Source: Somniosus microcephalus | Taxonomy: Eukaryota | Direction of reading: 5' to 3' | NCBI GenBank assembly: GCA_052327205.1 | Contig: CM126207.1 | Location: forward strand, 64,728,001 to 64,792,000 | Length of the DNA: 64,000 bases | Shown here: positions 25,235 to 37,487 of the stretch, one piece after another | Position numbering within the stretch: position 1 is the first letter of the stretch | Layout: the number at the start of each line of letters is the position of its first letter | Made by a program: the position numbers and the translations under genes | Notes under the pieces: generated by a model | The model's input: only the letters and a program-made list of their open reading frames with translations | Told to the model about the DNA's origin: nothing | The model's database searches: none

Positions 25235-25582
25235 TATATGTTTTGTTTATTCCCAGAAATGATGGAAATGGACCACTCTTTATTTCTGCTGACAATCAAA
25301 TGCTTTGGATTAGCTAAAACATGAAAATTGTTTTCTTTTATGCCTTGATCAAGATGCATATTCTGCATATTCTTTTATGCAGTCCTTCATGATACTATGT
25401 TGCTGTTAATAAGAATTCATATTTTTATATAGTCTTTAAAACAATACCATTACCAAACAAATCTAGTTGTAAAACAGATTTTACATAGATATTTTGTAAC
25501 AAACATTGTTTCACAATACATTTCTTGATTTATTTCCAGGAAAAATACAAGTCAACAAATAATGAGGTAATGGTGTAACAGT

Positions 25583-25597
25583 GTTTCCAATGGCAAC
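25583..25597 (+). promoter_or_regulatory. RFX X-box-like motif GTTTCCAATGGCAAC
   Basis: Consensus match in non-repetitive AT-rich DNA, with FOX-like sites nearby (aacaaaca, gtcaacaaat). Confidence 0.4.
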
Positions 25598-27637
25598 TAG
25601 ATGTCATTCAGTTCCCTTCTGCTTTTGTGATTATGCTGAAGCAGCTGGGGATATGCACATATTTTCTGTGTTTATCTTTAATCAAAGATTTTTATTATTT
25701 CACATTAAAAATAAATTGGGAAGAAAAAGAAAGCAAGAGGAAAACCTTGAAGCAGTAGTGACAAGCCACATATTTGTTCCTTTGACTCAAGACATAACCA
25801 TATTCCATCCCTCATATTCAGGCCCCATTCTGTTCCATTATGTGGCCTACATAGTCTCTCCCTCCCATTTGACTGCACAACTTGCCTCATACTCACGCCC
25901 CATCATTTCAGCCATAACAGCATGATGGTGCCAGGCCCAAGCTTAGAGGAGACCTGATGTTTCACCTTTCCTAATTCCTCCAGGTTCTGAAATGCCAGGA
26001 TGTTCTCCTCCAAGGGAGTGAAGAGATCCTTTGATTTGTGGGCCATGTCAGTTTAGATTTGCTCACTTAATTTTATGTCATCTTGTGATGCAAGCAGTAG
26101 TCTTGAGATGCTGTATGCTGAAGGACCATTGTGGTAAACATATGCCCAACCTGAAGGCCAACTTGTGTTTCAGTAAATAACACACAATTGAGCTGTGGAT
26201 GCTTGTTGGGTGTCCCCAGGTGAATTGGATTTGAATTTTGGGCAGTGGCCCTCAGGTAGGTCCTGGGTGGGCGGGGGGATCGGCGATCGGGAGAGGGATG
26301 GGTGGGGAACAGCAACTGTCATCAGCATTGCAGTAGAACCGGGAAGGATACCTGCAACAGGCACGGGCCCTGGATGCCTCTTTTTCTGCCTTCACCATTA
26401 TGTCAGGTGGCCCACTTCCAGCGTTAAATGTGCACGTGCACACCACCTGCTGTGCTGGATGTTTAGGGGTCAACCAATTTTTAGACCAATGGCACCAAAA
26501 TACATGAGCTATGATCCCAGTAGTTGAGCTGGGCCCGCACCCATGCCCTCCAGTACAGTACGCAGGGTCAGTGGGAGGACACCTAATCAGATGGCCATAA
26601 GCCCCACACTGGTGGAAACTCCAATGCATGCTTCATTTGGTGGTGATGGTGGTGGGGGGGGGGGGGGGTTGCGGTTCAGATGATTTTTGCACCCTTTTGT
26701 AAGAGGTCCAATAATTAAAACATTTTAAAAATCTTATTTCCAGAGGTGGGGCAGGCCAGTTTCCAGATCTGGACCCCTCCCAGCAAGGCCCATTTACATC
26801 CTTTTGAAAGCCAGTATGCGTTATCTCACTGGGCATACCAGACTCCAACCTTCCACCAGGCTTCAGATAGGTCAGGGCTGAGGAAACTCCTCATCTGGGA
26901 GTCCTTGCCCCCTGCCCTGCCGTCTTTGCATCACTGGTCTTGTAAGTGTGGGCAGAGTTTCCACCTCTCATAAGTGAGAACTTCCAGTGTAGGCTGGAAC
27001 ATGGCATACCTGAGCCCTTTTTCTGCACTCCCACCGGAGATGTTGTGGGGGTGCGCCAGAACAGTCGAGAAATTTCAGCCACAGTATATCAACTCAAAGG
27101 ATTGAATAGTTCTGAAAATAAAATCATTGTTTTTTTGTAAGACAGTGATGTATACTTTGTGTTTGTGAATGTGTAATGTTTTTATTAATTGTTTTTGGTA
27201 AATGTGAAACTTGAAGTAGTCGACACATTTTGTGCACTGTGGACAATGAGACGTTTTCTAACACCCTGCAGACATGCTGGGCAATTCTTCATAACTCGTG
27301 GACACGTTGGACACATATCAGACACAAAATTTGTAATTATATAGATAGATGTAGGTACAGGTTTTCTCAAAGTCAAAGATTACACCCAAATCATTTTGGT
27401 GATAGTTTTATGATCGGGCAATAAAGGATATAAAGAGAATTCCAGTGAGATGAAGCAAGGTAAAATTTTCTCTCTATTGCCCTTCACTTTCTTTGTCTTA
27501 CCTTCTACTTCCTCTCCAGCATCTTGCACTGTCTCATCCTGCCCATCTCAAATCTGTATCTAAATTTATATAGCCTGAGTCATATTGTATGTATACTGCT
27601 ATAAAATTACATTTTTCACGACACTGTATAAATACTT

Positions 27638-27790
27638 CCAACTTCGCCAGGGGTGTAAAATGGGTGGCAGCGGATCAGCTGCCCATTATACATCCCACCC
27701 AATTTTCCTTTCTATTGAAGTCAATTGGGTGGGATGTATAACTGGCGGTCAATTGTCTAGTTCCATTTATCACCCCCGCCAAAGTTGAAA
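27638..27790. mobile_element. Foldback (palindromic) MITE
   Basis: Perfect 19-bp inner inverted repeat ttatacatcccacccaatt (27686-27704) / aattgggtgggatgtataa (27723-27741); outer arms ggggtgtaaaatgg / ccatttatcacccc. Confidence 0.7.
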
Positions 27791-27884
27791 GTTCCATGAC
27801 CAGCAGAGACATGTGATTAATATTTATAATAGCTGACCACATTTTATTTTGACACCCAGACTATCAGTAAACATTTTCAATGGG

Positions 27885-28565
27885 GGGTGTATGTACAAAA
27901 ATCTTTGAGGGTGGCAGGACAAGTTAAGAAAGCTTTTAGAAAAGCATATAGGATCCTTGGCTTTATTAATAGAAGAATAGAGTACAAAAGCAAGGAAGTT
28001 AAGCTAAACCTTTATAAAGCACTGGCTAGGCCTCAGCAGGAGTATTGTGTTCAATTCTGGGCACCACACTTTAGGAAGGATGTCAAGGCCTAGAATGGTA
28101 CCAGAAATGAGGGACTTCAATTATGCGGAGAGACTGGAGAAGCTTGGGTTGTTCCCCTTAGAGCAGAGAAGACTAAGAGAAGATTTTATAGAGGTGTTCA
28201 AAATCATTATTCGTTTCGATAGAGTAAATAAAGAGCAACTGTTTCCAGTGGCAGAAGGGTCATTAACCAGAGGACACAGATTTAAGGTGATTGGCAAAAG
28301 AATCAGAGGCGCCATGAGGAAACTTTTTTTTAAACACAGCGAGTTGTTATGATCTGGAATGCACTGCCTGAAAGGGTGGTGGAAGCACATTCAATAGTAA
28401 CATTCAAAAGATAATAGGATAAATATTTTAAGGAAAAAAAATTACAAGGCTATGGGGAAAGAGTAGGGAGTGGCATTAATTGGATAGCTCTACCAAAGAG
28501 CTCGCACAGGCATGGTTGGCCAAATGGCCTCCTTCTGTGCTGTATCATTCTTTGAATCTATGAAA
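27885..28565 (+). mobile_element. CR1 3' fragment
   Basis: LYKALARPQQEYCVQFWAPHFRKDV and TRGHRFKV motifs; CR1 tail. Confidence 0.9.
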
Positions 28566-29065
28566 TCTTGCAAGAGATCTGCGTTCTAATAAATTCTCCA
28601 GTTTAATTATGTCTGCACAGGTTTTTAAAAATTTGCCTACCTTCACAATTACTTTTTGATGTGTCTTGGTCTCTCAAATGTCTTTATTAATGCAGGTCTG
28701 TTAAATTATCATGTGTCTTTCATGTTTCTCATTGTTAATTAATATATCATATAACCTGCCATATGTACCTTGTGTAGAATATCCAAATTTTAAAAATGGT
28801 AATGCAATGATCTGCTTTTTTATTCAAAAGAAAAAGTGCTTTTGCAGTTGTGACTTCACTCTAAAATCAAAATTTTAATTAAAATCAAATAGTTGAAATG
28901 CTGTAAATGAACTATTACTTCATGCAGTAAATCATACAATCTGCTTATTTAAAAACTGTATTTGTCTTTTAACTCTAAATTCGTGTAACATTACATTTGT
29001 TAGTAGTAAAAACATGATATATTTAAAAGTTATATTTTTTAATTGGTAGATGAAATATCTTACCA

Positions 29066-29657
29066 GGTCCCAAATTTACACAGGCCACAATCCTGACAGT
29101 AAAGCCAGATGCCCTCTAACGCTGATCTTGCCAGAGTATATAGTGTCAGCGGGAGGGCACCTCATTTGTATAGGGCCAGTTGGCGCCCGCACCAGGCGAA
29201 TCTCGGGTGCCTGCCAGCCTCATGGTGCCAGAAACCAGGTGCAGGGGCGGATGGCTGTATTTTCCCTCACCGAGAAACAATGTATGGACCTCTTTCAGCA
29301 CCCTTTGTAAGAGGGCTGATAACAACATTTTGTCTTCGGAGATCTAGGCCACTTCCCTGACCTCCTGTCTCCCTGTCAGTGGAGCCCACTTGTACCTTTC
29401 TGGAGTCACTCCAAATATACTGGCCTCCAAATATACACTGAGCTCCATTAGGGCTAGGAAAACTCAGCATAGGGAGTCCCTACTCTCAACTCTGCCACTT
29501 CTGCATCAGTGGTCTTATAGTGGGCAGATACTTTGCCCCGCAAACAAGGTCACTGGACACTTCTATGCATGGTGCACCTGAGTCTCAGTAGAGTTTCCAG
29601 CCATTCCACCAGACTCCTGCTGGAGTCCACCAGAGTGGTTCATATAAATTTGGGGCT
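29066..29657. mobile_element. Degraded Harbinger-type MITE
   Basis: Imperfect TIRs ggtcccaaattta / taaatttggggct around a GC-richer core. Confidence 0.5.
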
Positions 29658-30632
29658 CTTTACTCTTTCATAGTTCTGAAATATAGCTACTGATTAACTG
29701 AGAAGCATACAAATTGATTTCTATTCCATGTAGCAAATGAACATGGACAATCCTGTATTGCCATACAAAAGTTGATGAAATATTGACAGTTTCTCATTTT
29801 GGTAGATTTCATCCTGTTTTCTATTTTTGACTGAAAAAGCCTTCACTTTTCAAAATAATTTTTGATGTTCATGGCAGCACAGCATTTTAAAACCATTGAG
29901 AAAGGTTCCCTGTTTCTTATATTTCCCATCATAAACGAGAAATAAAATCCTTTGGGGAACACATCAAAAAAAATAGTTGAAATGTTTCAATGAATTTTTC
30001 ATGTAAAAAAGGCCCTTGAAGACTAAGATCGAAACCTGCTCATTATATTCCTGCATTGCTTTACACACCGTAGACCCTGCTGAAATAAATTTAAAATGAG
30101 ATGACTGAACAATGCAAGGTCCATCTAGCTACCTCTTCATTTCCAACCTAAAGCAAATTATTCATATTCCAAAGTTTAGTTTAAAAAAACACATAGCTAA
30201 TAAGCAGTAGGATCACATGTCACATCGTAATTTTCTAGATAAAAAGGACGATAAATGAATAGCCAATACTCATCAACTGCAGGAGGCCCAATTTATTAAA
30301 ACTTCCCTTCAATAGGAACATTGGACACAGTAATTGATGTAACAATCCAAGACATTATTAATGCCACCACCTTGGCTAATTCTAGATTTATTAAGTAGTC
30401 AGCATGAGGAAAAATGTGCCTTTTGTTTTAAATGTCAAATGTTAAGGCACTGGATAGATTACAGCGCATGAACTGAATGTTGATAAATTCTCACCCTGGT
30501 GCAATTTACTGTCGGGTACTAGTCCTAATTTCCATAGGATATTAAAAAAAAACGTCAATCATGAAGATCTATTAGCATTAATGGGTCAAATCTGGACGTA
30601 TAAGCCATGACGTCTTATTATTAAATTATATA

Positions 30633-30921
30633 GGGGATAATTTAAACTTTTATCACTGGTTGATAGAAGTTAAACTTACCCCAATCAGTTTAATGACATG
30701 CTGTTTTAATAATGCTCTAAATTAATTTCTAAATTTCTTCTGAATTTGCATCATCAGAGCCCGATCTGCATATTTAAAGAAGGACCCTGCTGGCTTTGGG
30801 CAGCTCCCCATGCTTTTTAGAATTGCAGTTGGTTAGATTTTGACGGGAAGGTCCTCATTCCATTTTAATTGCCCCTTCCCACACAGTTTCCGCCAGGTGG
30901 TGGTGGGTTAAATATCTCCCC
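30633..30921. mobile_element. Degraded Harbinger-type MITE
   Basis: ggggataatttaaac ... gttaaatatctcccc ends. Confidence 0.45.
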
Positions 30922-31572
30922 GTCATGTCTGAGTAAACCAGAAATAGTAATGGAAGTTTATAGAAAATTATAAATAAATAAAGTTTCCAAACTTGTAAAG
31001 TTTATAATTACATTAAACAACAAAATACATAGAGTAACATACAGCGTGGATAATTACAAGTTAGTATTTCATCTGAGTTCAAATATAAATTGTAAGTGCA
31101 GAGTTTTTAGAGATTGAATCTAAATCTACTTACATATTGGTTAAATTTAATGTGGAAATTTTATTGAGTGTTGGGTCCATTTTTGAGCTGGCAATTGTTG
31201 TAAAGTACTGACACCAGCAGTCAATACATTCCATCTCACTGAAGTGTGATGATATTACAGGGTTAATGATTGCAGCGTCGTCATAAATATTTATAAAGAA
31301 ATAATCTACAGTTCATTACTAGGTTATTCTATGCTCAATATTTGTGCACATTATTTATTATGTATTTCAAGGGTAGAGTAATTACTGCAAATCAAAATAA
31401 ATGCTAAAGATGTCAGGCGTGCAAATTTATAAACCGGACTGTTTTTTTAAAATGAATTTGTCAAAAACACAAGATGGTCCAGTGTTAATTTATAATAAAG
31501 CCAGTGATATGATATGAATAACCTACTGCTGCTATTTGATGAGGTTGAACTTCTCTACTCGAGAGCATATCA

Positions 31573-31786
31573 GGTAAATTTTATGAGTTAGCCTTCCCGA
31601 CGCAGAGCCATGCTTAATTGGAAGGCAGATCAGATAACTGGGTGTAGAGGTTAGTGTACCCAATTCATGGTCCTCCCATTATCTCATCAAGAGGGCAGTG
31701 AATTAGATGCACTGATCACCGTACCTCATTGTCCTCTTGTTGAGTGAGGTTTTGCACTGGCAGCACTAACTCAGAAAATTTATCCC
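31573..31786. mobile_element. Foldback MITE
   Basis: ggtaaattttatgagttag / ctaactcagaaaatttatcc inverted ends with weaker internal symmetry. Confidence 0.55.
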
Positions 31787-31993
31787 ATAATCTCGTAATT
31801 GGCTTTCAGGATTGCAAAACAAATACAGTAGTGACAAAATATCTTCAGTTTTCAATTTGTGTTCACGGTTATATTGGCATCACAATGGAGTATAATGCAA
31901 AGTATCTGTTCGGCAATTATTTTGAAGATTAATATTTGTAAATTATGAAATCAGCATGATCTGAAATTTGAGACTAACTTTTTCAGATTCATC

Positions 31994-32045
31994 AACAACT
32001 TGCATTTCTATAGCACCTTTAATATAAAGAAACAGCCCAAGTGCC
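31994..32045 (-). mobile_element. L2/SINE 3' tail remnant
   Basis: Reverse complement ends ttaaaggtgctatagaaatgcaagttgtt, like the L2 tail at 8870-8905. Confidence 0.55.
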
Positions 32046-32558
32046 AGAAGTCTGGGGGAGTGGGGGGAAACACAGGCAGGCCATCTATGGGAACTTATGT
32101 GCTGGTGCATCACCACTTGGGGCTGAATTAATTTGTTTCTGGTGTAAATGCGGTATTGAATTGTGAGAAAAGCAGGATGTGCCAGTTCTTCAGGAATCAA
32201 GTAATCTGATTCCTGTCAGAGCCTCCAAAAAATAAGCATTTAAATGCACTTTTTACACACAGGTGACGTTGACACAATGGGCTCAATTTTGCCATTGGGG
32301 GCGGGATGGGGCGTGTCAGGTGGTTTTCATGTCAGGACCCCGACTCCGATGTGAAGTTGGAAAAAAGTGCAATTTTGCCCTAATTGGGCACTTGGTTTCC
32401 AGTGTGTGGAAACCCCTGGCCCAATGAGTCTTTTCATACAGAAAGTCGCCTCCGATGATGTCATCAATGCTGCTGGATTTAAGGTCTGTAAGCAGCCTTG
32501 TTTCTTTTGGAGACTTTAAACTTTATGCCCATTGTTGAGATCGCTTCATTCAGCCACT

Positions 32559-34514
32559 ATATCCACCAGTAGGCCAAAGTGTGCTCCAAGGTTCGATGAG
32601 GCCTCCCTCCAAGCTCTGGTGGAGGGAGCAAGATCAAATAAGGAGGTGCTCTTCCCTTCCTCAGGGAGGAAAAAGCCTCCCCAGCAGACTAAAGCTGTGT
32701 GGCTGCAAGTGGCCCAGGAGGTCAACTCAATCTCTATGTGCCGCAGAACCTGGCTGCAGTGCAGGAAAAGGTTTCATGACCTTCTCCACACAGGAAAAGT
32801 GAGTATGACTTTCCCATCACCCTCAATCTGAACCCCATCGCCTCTCCTCACCAGCACTCTGCTTTGCCAACCTCTTTCTCCACATCCCACTTGACACTTA
32901 CATCCCTGCACTCTTACCCATTCCCTCTCTCTCTATGGTCACATTCACTTAAGTATTCGACAATGCAGCCCTCACACTCCCTATCTTGGTGATGCAATGA
33001 CAACAAATTACAACACACAGGGCGGGCTCTTTGTCTCCTCTAAGCATCTGTGCTATGGATTCTCTACATTCACTCCTTCATTCTCACTCAAACTCCACTT
33101 GTGTCCCTCATTGCAGGAAAAGAGAGCCCACAATAAGAGGGAAAGGGCAAGGACAGGAGGCGGGCCACCCTCAGTAGCCCAGCTCACCACCTCGGAGGAG
33201 GCGGCCCTGTAAATCGCCGGTGTCAAGGACGATTCACAAGTGGGGGTCGGACAGATCGCTGCATCACAGTAAGCTGGTGACCGAATAGTTTGGCATCTCT
33301 CTCATTGACATTGCATGAGTGACTGATAATGATTCTGATGCTCTAACAGATTGACTTATGATCATCAGCACAATTCAATGTGCATGCAACCTTTACCTCA
33401 CATCTCTAACTTTTTCCTTTACTCCCCCACAGGATCATCGACAGCCCCTGTCCCCAATGTCCAGGAGGAACAGCCTAAGCCTCAAGATTCCTCAGAGGAA
33501 GCTGCAACCTCTGAGGGCGCAGCGTCAGCAGAATTCAGCGCACCCAGCACCAGCGTGAGATAGAGTAGTGTTGTCACCTGGTGTATCACAGCTCACAAGT
33601 GAGCATCAGCAGATGGTGGAGACAGGGACAGCAGTGGAGAGTGCTAGTCGGAGGGCGCAGGACTCTGCCAGCTTGGCTCAGCTGCATGTCGACCCTGTCT
33701 CCAGGTCCATCCAGAAGGAGAGCGGTGCTGGAACTCCAGGAACAGGTGCAGGGGTCTCTGGCAGGTTTTGTCTCCAGGGTCGCTGCGAGTGTGGAGTGAA
33801 TGGAGGAGTCCATCACAAACATGAGCAGAGCCTTTGTGGAGGCATTGGCGCATGAACGCATCACCACGGAAAGGATGGCAACCTCCGTGGAAAGGATGGC
33901 TACCTCCATGGTACGGCTGGCTACTGTAGAGGAGAGGATGGCTACGGTAGAGGAGAGGATGGCAACGGTCATGGAGGAGCTTAGTCGCCAGGGTCATGAA
34001 AACATGGTCATTGTTCAAAATAGACTGACATCTCTTAAGGAGCGATGGTCAGCTACTGAGCATAGAAACCAGACCTTCATGGAAGTCCTCTGGAGTAGGA
34101 ATTCCAGTGCAGAAACAGGTCTTCATGGCCCCCCTGAAGTGCAGCAATGTGCTGTCAAGCCACTTGCTAGCTCTGAAGTGGGGCTGACCCATTAGAGGGA
34201 TATTGATGGCAGAGAACAAGGAAGTGGGGGCTCCTCTCCAAGCGCTCACACGACCATGCCACTGCAAAGCCCTCGGTCAGAGCCCCACCAGAGTCCTCAC
34301 CCAACTGAGATGGGCGTCTCAGCCCCTGCACAGCCGCAGGAGCAGCAGACTGTTGCCGAGCCCTCACAGGTTCACAACCCCAGAGGACAATTGTCAAAGG
34401 TGTCGAGACAGGAGCAGCAAGAAAGTGAGCAAGGGGCCTGCCTCCACGTCTGCTGAAGCCACAGGGGAAGCACCACGTAGGAACACACGTAAGAGGAAGA
34501 TAAAGCACAAGTAG
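32559..34514 (+). pseudogene. Three-exon Harbinger Myb/SANT-like gene, disabled
   Basis: Exon 1 to 32798 (APRFDEASLQAL...WLQVAQEVN...WLQCRKRFHDL), exon 2 33117-33276, exon 3 from 33433. Start codon lost; TAA at 33210 and further stops. Confidence 0.85.
33869..33973 (+). repeat. Five 21-bp tandem units encoding heptads (ERMATSV/ERMATSM/VRLATVE/ERMATVE/ERMATVM)
   Basis: Read directly; only one unit is present in the paralogue (44244-44264). Confidence 0.9.
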
Positions 34515-34538
34515 TCATAAGGGTAGTCACTTGGGTGT

Positions 34539-34991
34539 TCAGTTGTATTGATTTTTGACAAGCCATCCTTGAATTGTTATGATAAACAGATTTGATGGCA
34601 AACTGTTGAAGTTGTGGCCTGTGTCATTTCGCAAATGGGACTTCCACATTGAGGGCTTAGGGCAACTTGCAATTGTCAGTATGGTGGTCAAAGTGATAGG
34701 AATCCGCAGGTTCTTGTCCATTGTCGATGCTCTGGTAAGAAGGTGCGAGGCAAAAGTGTTTGATTCTGCAGGATAAGCAAATCTGGCCAACATGAGTGCG
34801 TCCCTTGCATTCCGGGCAGCAATGTGCTGGCGCCTTCTGGCCTGTGCAGCTTCAGGTGGGTGAGCAGTAGCTTGGCGCTCCTGTTGTTGCTCCTGCTGTT
34901 GGTGGTGCTGTTGTTCAGGGTTCTGCTGCTGCCGCGGCTGGTCTTCGTCCAAATCTGATGTCCAGGAGGAAAGGAAATAAATGGTTCCCAT
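34539..34991 (-). pseudogene. In-frame deletion remnant of Harbinger transposase (Gln-rich N-terminus fused to the C-terminal HIAARNARDALMLARF segment)
   Basis: N- and C-terminal parts match the ends of the element B transposase; all DDE motifs are absent. Confidence 0.75.
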
Positions 34992-36036
34992 GCTTCTGGT
35001 ATATACCTCAGTTGAGGAAGCGCTCAGTCAAGGTGGGGAGAGGGGTTTCCCAGGAGGTCACACTGGAAATGGGTGTCAGGCTCCAAACTTCCACAACAAT
35101 GAGTATGCCTGCTAAAAGTTCCCCCAGACCTGAGACAACAAAGTTCTGCCACCTGCAAATGATCATTGGTGAAAACTCCTTTTTAATGGTGGAGCTGCAG
35201 CTGTTAGTAAGCAATCCACTTGTGAGGCCGCCAGGATTAACTGGCGTGTTCCAGAGGAGACATGCAGGACAGGGGAAATGTTTTAAAATCAGAAAGGCCT
35301 CTCAAAATGGGATTATACAGGCAATTATCTTGTTAAGGGCCTATCATGCCTCTTGGAGGGATAGGCCCTTGGAGGCGGAATGGAAACGGGGTCTGAAACC
35401 ACGAATGTGGGAAAATTGCTCAGGTGCGGGATGGAGGTGGGATCGGACCCACCCGCCATTTTTTGCGATTTTGACAACTCACACGCCTCCATTCCTGCCT
35501 CCTCGGGCCTGGCAAAATCGAGCCCAATGTGATTAAGTCCAAGCAACCTTGTTACCAGCATGAAGCCTGCCTCCTCAGAACTGATGGGACTGATAATAAG
35601 GTTAATGTGCTTGTGAGGCTTTTAGAAGGCACAAAGGCATGGAGCACACACATTTCTTCTGAAACTCTGAGACCCACTGTGCATTTGCATGCGCAATGGT
35701 GCTTCCAGTTTCAAATGACATCTGGGATGTGCGTGAACTAGCACTATTTTAATGTTGCGACATTAACTTTTAAGTCTTCTTAAAATTGTAATTTTAATAC
35801 TATCATCTCCAAAAATGAATAGATAACACACGCACAAGTGGTTAAAATGTACCTGTTTTAGTGCTTGGACACTTTATAAAAAAAATTCCCACATAGACGT
35901 CAGCCTTGGGTCAGAGCTAGTACTCTCACCGCTGAGTTAAGAAGGCTGTACCCACTCCAGAGACTCAAGCATATAATCTAGGCTGATACTCCATTGCAGT
36001 ACTGAGGGAGCACTGCATTGTTAAAGGTGGTTTAAT

Positions 36037-36935
36037 GGCCCAGAAATTCGGGTCGGGGGCTTCCCGCGGGTGCAAGCCCCCGACCTGCACTTACCTTGCG
36101 CGCCGGCCGTTGTGCTGTGGGCCCCCGTGGAATTCCGATCTGGGGCCTGGTCCAGCTGCCAGCGCGCAGTGCTTGCGTATCCCAGGGGTGCAGTTAGTTC
36201 AGTGCGCCCCCTGGGATCACGTGGGCCATGGGGAGCCAATTGGAGCAGGGAATGCTCCATTCATAAGTCTGACAGGAAGTGCTGTCAAGACTTATAAATA
36301 CTACGGCCCCAAAATAGCACTAAATCTTCAAATAAATTTTAAAAAAACATCATTTTTTAAAAATAAACTATAAATTACATGAAATAACTATTTTAAACAA
36401 TAATTTAAATTTTTGAAAAAAATAATTTTATTTTCTAACAGGTCTAAAAATAAACTTACCTTGCTTTAAAGTATTTAAAAATAATAAACCTGTGGAAAAA
36501 ATGTTTTAATTTTAATTAATTCACCACTTACCTTGTAAAAAGTAGGCCTTAAGCCTGCTTTTTACATTTCTAAATTCTGCAGGCTTACGTTCCCGGGAAA
36601 ACCTGTAAAAAAGACCGAAGTTCGATGTGCACGCGCAGCCCCTCCTGCGCACGCGTTCAACCTCTGAACCCCTTCATTCAGAGGAATAGAAGTGCCGGTT
36701 TCCCGCGCATGCGCAGTGCATGCAGGAAACCGGCACTTCCAATTCAATTCAATTCAATTCAATTTTATTTGTCATATATGCAGCAGGCGTGTGTACTACA
36801 CAATGAAATGTTGATTTTTGCGAGTCCTCCCAACATTGGAATAAATATGGCATAGCAATAAATATGGCAATTCCATTGGGCCTACGGGCGAGTACCCCGT
36901 GCGTACTCACCCGTGGAGACCCGAATTTCTGGGCC
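36037..36935. mobile_element. Harbinger-type MITE
   Basis: 18-bp TIR ggcccagaaattcgggtc / gacccgaatttctgggcc; flanks AAT/ATT; internal 15-bp hairpin gaagtgccggtttcc/ggaaaccggcacttc. Confidence 0.85.
36741..36865 (-). mobile_element. Short LINE 3' end with (TTGAA)n tail (Rex1/Babar-like, tentative)
   Basis: Reverse complement ends catttcattgtg...atgacaaataaa(attga)n. Confidence 0.5.
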
Positions 36936-37487
36936 ATTGAATGAGACATTAAACTGAGGCCCTGCCTGCACTTTCAAGTGGATGGAAAAGATCCCATGGC
37001 ATTTTTTGAAGAAGAGCAGGGGGGTATCAATGATTTGGATGAGGGGACCAAATGTAATATATCCAAGTTTGCTGATGATACAAAGCTGGGTGAGAATGCA
37101 AGTTGTGAGGAGGATGCAAAGAGGCTTCAAGGGGATATAGACAAGCTAAGTGAGTGGGCAAGAACATGGCAAATGGAATATAATGTGGAGAAATGTGAAG
37201 TTAGCCACTTTGGTAGGAAAAATAGAGAAACAGAGTATTTTTTAAATGGTGAGAGATTGGGAAATGTTGGTGTTCAGAGGGACCTGGGTGTCCTTGTACA
37301 CGAATCACTGAAAGTTAACATGCAGGTACAGCAAGAAATTAGGAAAGGAAATGGTATGATGGCCTTTATTACAAGAGGATTTGAGTATAAGGGTAAAGAC
37401 ATCTTCCTGCAATTATATAGGGTCCTGGTGAGACCAAACCTGGAGTATTGTGTACAGTTTTGGTCTGCTTACCTAAGGAAGGATATA

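Larger units (their letters stand above)
32279..35525. mobile_element. Harbinger element C: Myb gene retained (pseudogene), transposase core deleted
   Basis: TIRs gggctcaattttgcc / ggcaaaatcgagccc; TSD AAT (32276-32278, 35526-35528). Confidence 0.92.

Noticed and set aside
27230-27460. Host coding exon
   Set aside because: All three plus frames stop before the apparent donor at ~27459, and the peptides are unrecognisable.
33869-33973. CRISPR-like array
   Set aside because: Contiguous coding repeats with no spacers, in eukaryotic DNA with no cas genes.
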